Source: Acidobacteriaceae bacterium (GTDB taxonomy: Bacteria; Acidobacteriota; Terriglobia; Bryobacterales; Bryobacteraceae). From it: a DNA stretch of 55,854 nt. Every line of letters starts with the position of its first letter. Positions within the stretch are counted from its first letter, which is position 1. The notes under the pieces were generated by a model. It was not told where the DNA came from. It ran no database searches and saw only the letters and a program-made list of their open reading frames with translations. The DNA lies in contig JAFAMM010000480.1 in assembly GCA_019233375.1 (NCBI GenBank), positions 1-55,854 of the forward strand. The letters run 5' to 3'. A program made the translations under genes and the position numbers. Positions 27,656 through 34,635 of this stretch are shown in pieces.

Positions 27656-28459
27656 CTATTCGGCCGAAAGTATGTCGATTAATCCCGTGGCATCTCCGCG
27701 GTTTTCGTTTCCCAAGCCTTTCAGCGTTATCTCGACCTGCTCTTTATACTCCGCGAGACACTCAGCCAACGAAATTACCGTCGCGAGGCTCTTTAAGATC
27801 GAATTCAGTCTACGCAGAATGTTGTTGAAGCGGCCGGATAACAGATCGTCATACCAAAGCTGCCATTTCATTTTCAATTGGCCCGATGTCAGCCCGGCGT
27901 TCCTCAACTTCTCCCACATGTCCTCCCTGATATCGCGAAGGCTATTGACCACACGGTCTGCCGCGTCCTTGAAGCCGCTCCAGTTGTCTTGAAACCATTT
28001 CTGCGCCGCTGGCGGCTCGAACAAGTGATCGAACCGCACAATCCAATCTCCGTTTACGAAGGCGCTCAGCACCTTAACGCCGGTCGTCACGAAAGCCCGT
28101 AGAAGCTTGTCGTCTGGAGAAGCCTCAATGAACGAGCCATCAACATACGCCATCAGCGGATTATACGCCGGAATCCAAGTAACATCCCTTATGAAAAGTT
28201 GGCGACCATCCAGCTTGAGGATTTTTTGCACCTGCTTTGGCGGTCCACTTTGAAGATCACGGACGTGTATTTTGCCAAGTGCTTTACCGGTTGCAAAGTC
28301 CGTTTGGCGCGCTGTGTGGCCGAGTCTCTCGTAAAGGCGTAAAGCAACGCTCTCCGGGATCGAAGGAGCGGGATTCCCGTTCCGTCCGCGAAAGCCGCCG
28401 ATTCGCGCAAGCGGAAACATCCGCGGCGTCCCCCAATTGCCTTCAAGACCATTCCCCAC
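27656..28459 (-). CDS. orphan hypothetical protein (267 aa), no family recognised
   Basis: This is a long ORF with protein-like composition. Four hand-counted 60-nt lines gave about 50% G+C. The start (GTG at 28459) is uncertain. An ATG at 28420 and an upstream out-of-frame ORF (28524) are alternatives. The C-terminal third looks helical. Confidence 0.5.
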   Translation of the reverse strand: MGNGLEGNWGTPRMFPLARIGGFRGRNGNPAPSIPESVALRLYERLGHTARQTDFATGKALGKIHVRDLQSGPPKQVQKILKLDGRQLFIRDVTWIPAYNPLMAYVDGSFIEASPDDKLLRAFVTTGVKVLSAFVNGDWIVRFDHLFEPPAAQKWFQDNWSGFKDAADRVVNSLRDIREDMWEKLRNAGLTSGQLKMKWQLWYDDLLSGRFNNILRRLNSILKSLATVISLAECLAEYKEQVEITLKGLGNENRGDATGLIDILSAE

Positions 28460-28570
28460 TTATGCTCGGGCAGTTGGGACGGTCCGAATACTCGGTCTGG
28501 GCGGACTACTCTATACTTCCCCACAACCCGTGCTCTATCCCGAATCCCCTAAGTGAACTGGAGCGTCAAG

Positions 28571-29755
28571 TCAACGGTCTTTCACTTCATAACGTGCGAC
28601 CATGCCGGCCAGCATGTGATCGCTGATGTGACAGTGGTAGAGCCAGATGCCCGGCGCATCGGGAATCATATCGGCGGTGATCATCTGCGCGGAGGTGACC
28701 GCGAGCACGTCCGTGCGCTGCCCGGCGACCAGCACCGTGTTGCCGTGCCAATGCGGTGTATGTGCATTGTTAAAGTCGCCTAACGTGGCAACGTACCACC
28801 GTACGTGATCACCTTTGCGCATCGTCATCATAGGCATGTTGCCGTAGATGTATCCGTTGATGGACCACTTTGTGTTCGTTGAAATGAAACCGGTATTTGC
28901 GGCGGGTGTATTGATGCCGGTAGCGGTAAGTAAGCTGAATTCAGTCTTGCTAACCGTCTTCGCATCAATGCAATGGTCGCGGATATTGTCATCGAGATAC
29001 CAGCTCTCGTTCTCGTTTATCGCGATATACATCGTCACGAATTCGTGATCAACGTCTTTGGGGCGGCCGTCCGGTTTTGCTTCGCCCCGCCGAGTCACCA
29101 CAAACCCGCCGAAGAGTCCTGATGCGACATCGCGCAGCTCGTCGCAATGCGAGTGGTAGAGCCAGAATATTGAGCTTGGGTCGCCGGGACCCGGACCGGC
29201 GCGCTCAGGAATTTGCCACGTGTAGGTGTGGGTGGCTCCTGGAGGTACGCATCCGCCCACTTTCTCCTTGCCGCTGCTGTTGTCGTTGTAGCCGGCGCCT
29301 TCCGAGTCCTTCTCATAAAGCACACCGTGGGGATGCATGCTGAATGGATGTGTAGCGTTGTTCCTGAAGACGATTTTGAACGTATCGCCGACTTCGCCAT
29401 GGAAGATCGGTCCGAGAATGCCGAGATATTGATCCTCGGGTAAACGGGGCTTCAGCTTTGTGAACGTGTCATCGGTGTATTCGCGGTAGACCGCCTTCTT
29501 GTTGACGCGGCCAATCTGGTGCGGACCGGGTTCGGCGTAGCCCTTTCCTATTGCATCGAAATCCATGCCCATGGCCTCATCGCGGCCAGATGGAGCGTAG
29601 TCCCAATTCACTTCATCAGCGGCAACATAGTAAACGCGAGTTTTGCAGACACTGTCGGGGGAGGCAGCAACTGCGCACGGCGGCGCGGCCCGCAGCAGCC
29701 CTGCAACAACATACGGAACAAGCAAAGCAACTGCTGGTGATCTCGAGTCCATCAT
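28571..29755 (-). CDS. two-domain multicopper oxidase, ceruloplasmin/hephaestin/factor-VIII A-domain-like
   Basis: The sequence VYYVAADEVNWDYAPSG...QIGRVNKKAVYREYTDDTF...LGILGPIFHGEVGDTFKIVFRNNATHPFSMHPHGVLYEKDSEGAGYNDN parallels ceruloplasmin domain 1. Copper-ligand motifs are MHPHG, WLYHSH, HTPHWHG and HCHISDHMLAGM. The ATG at 29755 is preceded by GGAGGAGAG and gives a signal peptide. It overlaps the upstream gene's TGA. Confidence 0.85.
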   Translation of the reverse strand: MMDSRSPAVALLVPYVVAGLLRAAPPCAVAASPDSVCKTRVYYVAADEVNWDYAPSGRDEAMGMDFDAIGKGYAEPGPHQIGRVNKKAVYREYTDDTFTKLKPRLPEDQYLGILGPIFHGEVGDTFKIVFRNNATHPFSMHPHGVLYEKDSEGAGYNDNSSGKEKVGGCVPPGATHTYTWQIPERAGPGPGDPSSIFWLYHSHCDELRDVASGLFGGFVVTRRGEAKPDGRPKDVDHEFVTMYIAINENESWYLDDNIRDHCIDAKTVSKTEFSLLTATGINTPAANTGFISTNTKWSINGYIYGNMPMMTMRKGDHVRWYVATLGDFNNAHTPHWHGNTVLVAGQRTDVLAVTSAQMITADMIPDAPGIWLYHCHISDHMLAGMVARYEVKDR

Positions 29756-31590
29756 CTCTCCTCCGTCGCAGAGCCAGGCCCGTTTGTTCGCTGCCGTTGC
29801 CATGCGGCGCCGCCTTCCTCCCATTGATCGTCGGTGATTTGTTCAACGTGCGATGCATCGGCGTTCATTACGAAGATTTCGCCGTAAGGTTGCGGAGCTC
29901 GGGTGTACAGCACCTCGTCTTTGAATCCCATGCGGGAACTGGTAAACATCAGGCGCTCGCCATCGGGCGACCAGCCCAGGTGCGCATCAATGCCGTGCGT
30001 GTGCGTCAGCTGCGTGAGTCCCTTTCCGTCCGGCTGAATCGTGAATATCTGAAAGTCAGCGCCGTTTCTGCGGATGAAAGCAATGCGGTCTCCTTTAGGC
30101 GACCAAACGGGGAAGTTGTCCCATTCGGCCGTAAGCTGGGCGCTTGTCCCAGCGGCGAGGTCCAGCAAGCGCAGGCCCTGCTCGCCTACGCCGGTAGTGC
30201 GGTAAACGATGCGCTTTCCGTCGGGCGAGAACGACGGAAAAGCATTGTTGTTCGGTCCGCTGGTGACGACGTGAAAACCGGAGCCGTCGGCGTTCACAAT
30301 CGCGATCTGGGCGCCGCCATTTGCCGGATCAACGGGCTTCTTCGCGCCGACATCGAAATCGAGAAACGAAGAAAAGGCGCCGAGGCCAAACGCGATCCTG
30401 CTGCCATCGGGAGACCATTGCGGCGCGAGAATCAGGGCCGGCTTTTCGAGGATGGATCGCTCCGGCGCTCCGTCGTCGCTGATCGCGAGGCTCCATCGAG
30501 CAGCCGAGATCGGGTGAGAGAGCGCCAGCCGCTTACCACTCCGATCATACGAAGGCAATGGCCCCACTACGTAGAGATCGAAGGCGCGGTCGCGGCTCCA
30601 GAGTTTGATTGGCATATCGGAACGCTTGGCGGATAGCCGGCTGTACACGATTTGTGTGCCGTCCGGAGACCACGACGGGGAGAAGAGATCCGCTCCGGAT
30701 GGGCCTTTGTTTCCATCGCCGTAGAAGACGCCGTGCGCAGCTTTATCCCGCCGCAGCCAGGCAAGCTTTCCAGAGGGAACAATCGACGGCATCAATTTGA
30801 CCCCGGGTCCAGACGTAACCTGCGTTGTCGCGCAAGTGCCAACGTCGATCCTCACCAGCTGGTCGTCCCCTTCACCATCTCCAAAGCGGTGGGTCCATGT
30901 GTCCTGAGCCGGCATGCAGTATGCAGTGATGCTTCTGCTATCCGGGGTCCACTTCGGACTGCCGCAGAACCCGCCGTGCGCGGAAATGCGCTTCAGCCCC
31001 GTGCCATCTGGATGAATGACATAGATATCGGCGAGTTGCAGCAGTTCCCAGCGGCCCTTCGCAGGCGGCAGGCTGCTGCCGCGATCGGAAGAGAAGGCGA
31101 TCCACTGGCCATCCGGAGACCAGGCCGGACGGAAATCGCCTCCAGTACCGGATGTGAGCGGCCGGGCTGTGCGAGTGGCGACATCAAGAATCCAGAGGTT
31201 AGCGAATCCCGCTGCACGCGTGGACACAAAGATAATGCTGCGCTGGTCGGGCGAGAAGGCGGCCTGATCGTCAAAGGCCGGATCCTCCGTCAGTCGCTCC
31301 AGCCCGCTGCCGTCCGGGTGCATACGAAACAGATCGGCCGAGCCGGCGCGTTCCGATGTGAAGGCGATCCAGTCGCCTTTGGGAGACCAGGCGGGATTGT
31401 AGCTCAGCGATTCCGGTTGCGTGATCGCGTGCTCATTCGAACCGTCGGCATTGGCGATATAGAGCGCAGCCTTGGTGGGCGCAAGGCGGGTGAACACCAG
31501 ACGGTCAGCCGAGGCGAAACAAGGCGAGCCGAAAGCACATCCGACAGCGATCAGTGCGGCACTCCACACGTGTACCCGGTCTCCACTCAC
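29752..31590 (-). CDS. periplasmic PD40/TolB-like beta-propeller repeat protein
   Basis: The protein has many PD40 units (WSPKGDWIAFTSER, FSPDQRSIIFVS, WSPDGQWIAFSS, WTPDSRSI, WSPDGTQIVYS, WSPDGSRIAFG, FSPDGKRIVY, WSPKGDRIAFI, WSPDGERLMFTS). A GTG at 31590 is preceded by AGGAGAAGG and gives the signal peptide VHVWSAALIAVGCAFGSPCFASA. The track ORF extends to 31638. Confidence 0.8.
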   Translation of the reverse strand: MSGDRVHVWSAALIAVGCAFGSPCFASADRLVFTRLAPTKAALYIANADGSNEHAITQPESLSYNPAWSPKGDWIAFTSERAGSADLFRMHPDGSGLERLTEDPAFDDQAAFSPDQRSIIFVSTRAAGFANLWILDVATRTARPLTSGTGGDFRPAWSPDGQWIAFSSDRGSSLPPAKGRWELLQLADIYVIHPDGTGLKRISAHGGFCGSPKWTPDSRSITAYCMPAQDTWTHRFGDGEGDDQLVRIDVGTCATTQVTSGPGVKLMPSIVPSGKLAWLRRDKAAHGVFYGDGNKGPSGADLFSPSWSPDGTQIVYSRLSAKRSDMPIKLWSRDRAFDLYVVGPLPSYDRSGKRLALSHPISAARWSLAISDDGAPERSILEKPALILAPQWSPDGSRIAFGLGAFSSFLDFDVGAKKPVDPANGGAQIAIVNADGSGFHVVTSGPNNNAFPSFSPDGKRIVYRTTGVGEQGLRLLDLAAGTSAQLTAEWDNFPVWSPKGDRIAFIRRNGADFQIFTIQPDGKGLTQLTHTHGIDAHLGWSPDGERLMFTSSRMGFKDEVLYTRAPQPYGEIFVMNADASHVEQITDDQWEEGGAAWQRQRTNGPGSATEER

Positions 31591-31675
31591 TAACCTTCTC
31601 CTGTTTCGATTTCGTTCAGTGTAAAGGCAATTGTCCACGCGTGAGGAGGTCGGCGCGTACCGGTACTCCGGCCAA

Positions 31676-32092
31676 TCACTTGGCCGGAATGGTGACTGTG
31701 ACCGGGCGCATGGAGAAAAACAGGACGCGCTGTTGTTCGCTTTGAGGCACCTTCAACCCGCGGCTTGCACTGCCGCCGCGCCAGACCTGTGCCAGAGAGC
31801 ACGACTTTCCGTAGCAATGGAACACGAGCTTGCCCGAGGTGCCCGAAGCTTCGGAGGCATCCGCCGGTAATGCGGTCACGAACGCTCCCTTCGAATTGGC
31901 GTCCAAGCCTCGGATCGAGAGGGAGTGAGCTGTATTGCTATAGGTCAATTGGTAGCTGCCCGGCGGCAAACTAGTGTTCTGCACAGAAAAGGCAAACGGC
32001 ACCTTGGCCTGAAGGGGCTGGCTCGATTGCGCAAAGGCGGACGGCATCGTCGCCAGTGCGGAAAGAATGATCGTCGAAAACATTTTAGTCAT
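31676..32092 (-). CDS. small secreted hypothetical protein (138 aa)
   Basis: The ATG at 32092 is preceded by AAGGAG. The signal peptide is MTKMFSTIILSALATMPSAFAQ. The mature part is beta-rich (VPFAFSVQNTSLPPGSYQLTY). No family was recognised. The upstream part of the track ORF was dropped. Confidence 0.6.
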   Translation of the reverse strand: MTKMFSTIILSALATMPSAFAQSSQPLQAKVPFAFSVQNTSLPPGSYQLTYSNTAHSLSIRGLDANSKGAFVTALPADASEASGTSGKLVFHCYGKSCSLAQVWRGGSASRGLKVPQSEQQRVLFFSMRPVTVTIPAK

Positions 32093-32398
32093 GGGGTTTC
32101 TCCTTGGGAATTTGGTTTGTGGCGGAACCATCTGAGGGCCGCGCGCGAGAAGGTTTGGGTGTGAGTTGCTTCCTGCTTCGCTTCCGGGTGCTGCGGATCG
32201 TTTCGCCACGAGGCCAGTCTTGTCGAAGAGCGCATGGCAGTCGATGCTCCAGCGCTCCTCCGTAGGTTGAATTTGCATCCCCGCGTAAGTGGCTTTAGAA
32301 TCTTCTACATCGGAACGTAGATTTCTTGGGTTCAGCGTGCTCCGGTACCCTCTTTGGCCAGAAACAGTGTTATATTCCTCTTACTCGCAAGCCAGGCG

Positions 32399-34627
32399 AT
32401 GAACGAAACGAGGACAAACAGCCGTCTAATCCGGTTCTCGATTTTCGAGCTTGACCGCGATTCGGGCGAGTTGTTCAAGCAGGGCCGCAAGGTCAAGCTG
32501 CAAGGCCAGCCGTTCGAACTGCTGGTGGCGCTGCTTGATCGACCCGGCGAAGTTCTGACCCGCGAAGAGTTACGCCAAAAGATCTGGCCATCGGAAATCG
32601 CCGGTGACTTCGATCAAGGACTGAACCGGGCCATTAATAAGGTTCGCGAGGCGTTGGGCGATTCGGCCGAGACGCCGCACTTTATCGAGACGGTCCCTCG
32701 CCGGGGGTATCGGTTCATCGGGGCGATTGAGGAACACGCTGCGGTTCCAAAGACACTTACAGAAATGGCCAAACCGAAGTCGCCCAGCAGACGGTGGGCT
32801 CCGTTGGCAATCGCGGCGGCTTCGGCCCTGGCGGTCGCCACCGTTTGGCTACTAACACATCGCACCACAGAAAAAGGCCCGATACGGGTTCAGCAACTGA
32901 CCACAAACTCGACGGACAATCCGGTTTGGCAGGCCGCGATTTCGCCGGACGGCAAGTACCTGGCTTATGGCGATTCGGAGGGGATCAAGATTCGGGTGAT
33001 CGCCACGGGAGAAACGAACTTGCTGCCGAAGCCGGCGGAACTCTCTGCCCGGGACATATGGCTTCCCGCCGCCTGGTTCCCGGATGGGACCCGCCTTCTG
33101 GCTTCATCTATCGGCAAAGGCATGAGCGCCTGGAGCGTTTCTGTAATTGGCGGGAAGGCAACGCTTCTGAGAGACGACGCAGGGGTAGACTCCGTGTCGC
33201 CCGATGGCTCGCTCATCGCCTTCACCACCGGGAATACCTATCGGGCACAGCCGCCGGATAACAACGCGACAAGTTTGCTGAATACCGAGATTTGGGTAAT
33301 GGGACCTAACGGAGAGAATGCGCGAAAGATCGTGAGCGCTCAGAAAGGCACGTATTTTGCCTCAGTTCGATGGTCGCCGACGGGCGAACGTCTCGCCTAC
33401 CGCAAGCTTCGGCTTGCACATGAAGACTCCGAGTACAGCATTGAAACATGCGATCCCAACGGCGGAACGCCGACTGTCGTGCTTTCTTCGCGGCGTCTAC
33501 GCTGGTACTCTGCAGGGTCCGATCTTGGATCTGGCGACTTGGCTTGGACGCCGGACGGGCGCCTGAACTATGCGCTCAACGAAGCAGCCCCGAACCTGAC
33601 GGATCGAAATCTCTGGGCAACCCCGGTCAATCCGAAGACAGGCAAAGTGCGCGGCAATCCACAACGAGTCACAAACCTTACCGGACTGAGCATGAACGGC
33701 CTCAGCGTGACGACAGACGGCAAACGGATGGTGTTCGACAGTGAGTCAGATGGATCCCAGATCTACATCCGCTCCACCGTACCTAATGCGGACTTGCGCA
33801 GTGCCAAGCTGCTGACCCATGACAAGCGTTACAATGAGCCGTTCACGTGGACGGCGGACAGCAAGGCGGTCATTTTCGCTTCGAACCGCGCTGGGGCGTT
33901 CGGCATTTATAAGCAAGCGCTCGATCAGAGCGAGGCTGAATTCATCCCGACCGGCGAAGGGGAAAACATTCTGGTGCGGCGAAGCCCGGACGGAAAGTGG
34001 ATCATCTCCACCCGAGCCCGAGGGCAGGGTCAGTCCCGCGAGTTTATCCGCATACCGGTAATCGGCGGCGCGCCGCAGCCGCTGTTTAAGACCAACGGGG
34101 GCTATGACAATTTCAGTTGCCCGTACCGCGCGGACGCGAGGTGCATCGTCTCCGAATGTGTCGACTATAAGCGATGTGTGTTCGAAAGCTTCGACGTCGT
34201 CACGCGGTCCCGCAGCAAGCTTTTCGACATGCCTATGCCCGAGCAGAGGGAGTTTCATTGGACAGTCTCGCCCGACGGCTCGCATCTGGCGATGATCGGA
34301 CCCGATCCGCAAGGGCGAATCGAAATTCGGTCTTTGAGAGGCGAGATAGAACGGACGATCGAAGCAAAGGGATGGCCGAATCCTCTGCAAATCGACTGGA
34401 CGGCGGACAGCAAGTCGGTCATCGTTCGGTGCCTTGGGCTTATTGACTCGCCCTCGGGCCCTCTGGGAGGGACCTTGCTGCGGGTCGACTTCGACGGTAA
34501 CGTCGAGCCGCTTTGGGAGACGAGAGGCGGTCGAACCACTTGGGCCATCCCATCTCCCGACGGCAAGTATCTTGCTATCCGAGACCCGGTGTCCGATCGC
34601 AATGTCTGGATGATTGAGAACTTCTGA
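32399..34627 (+). CDS. membrane-bound transcriptional regulator: OmpR/CadC-type wHTH - TM - periplasmic TolB-like beta-propellers (paralog 1)
   Basis: The Trans_reg_C-type domain is RFSIFELDRDSGELFKQGRKVKLQGQPFELLVALLDRPGEVLTREELRQKIW...ETVPRRGYRFIG. One TM segment follows (WAPLAIAAASALAVATVWLL). About 11 PD40-like units follow that (ISPDGKYLAY, VSPDGSLIAF, WSPTGERLAY, PSPDGKYLAI...). Confidence 0.85.
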   Translation: MNETRTNSRLIRFSIFELDRDSGELFKQGRKVKLQGQPFELLVALLDRPGEVLTREELRQKIWPSEIAGDFDQGLNRAINKVREALGDSAETPHFIETVPRRGYRFIGAIEEHAAVPKTLTEMAKPKSPSRRWAPLAIAAASALAVATVWLLTHRTTEKGPIRVQQLTTNSTDNPVWQAAISPDGKYLAYGDSEGIKIRVIATGETNLLPKPAELSARDIWLPAAWFPDGTRLLASSIGKGMSAWSVSVIGGKATLLRDDAGVDSVSPDGSLIAFTTGNTYRAQPPDNNATSLLNTEIWVMGPNGENARKIVSAQKGTYFASVRWSPTGERLAYRKLRLAHEDSEYSIETCDPNGGTPTVVLSSRRLRWYSAGSDLGSGDLAWTPDGRLNYALNEAAPNLTDRNLWATPVNPKTGKVRGNPQRVTNLTGLSMNGLSVTTDGKRMVFDSESDGSQIYIRSTVPNADLRSAKLLTHDKRYNEPFTWTADSKAVIFASNRAGAFGIYKQALDQSEAEFIPTGEGENILVRRSPDGKWIISTRARGQGQSREFIRIPVIGGAPQPLFKTNGGYDNFSCPYRADARCIVSECVDYKRCVFESFDVVTRSRSKLFDMPMPEQREFHWTVSPDGSHLAMIGPDPQGRIEIRSLRGEIERTIEAKGWPNPLQIDWTADSKSVIVRCLGLIDSPSGPLGGTLLRVDFDGNVEPLWETRGGRTTWAIPSPDGKYLAIRDPVSDRNVWMIENF

Positions 34628-34635
34628 TTCGAGTT

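Noticed and set aside
28541-28547. Possible attR copy of the tRNA-Gln 3' end at the far side of the islet
   Set aside because: Only 7 nt (cgaatcc) match, which is expected by chance. No extended direct repeat was found by eye.
29551-31593. Two long plus-strand ORFs (361 and 313 aa) opposite the PD40 propeller gene
   Set aside because: They are shadow ORFs. The minus strand shows regular PD40 repeats. The plus-strand translations are Arg/Ala/Gly-rich with no domain signature.
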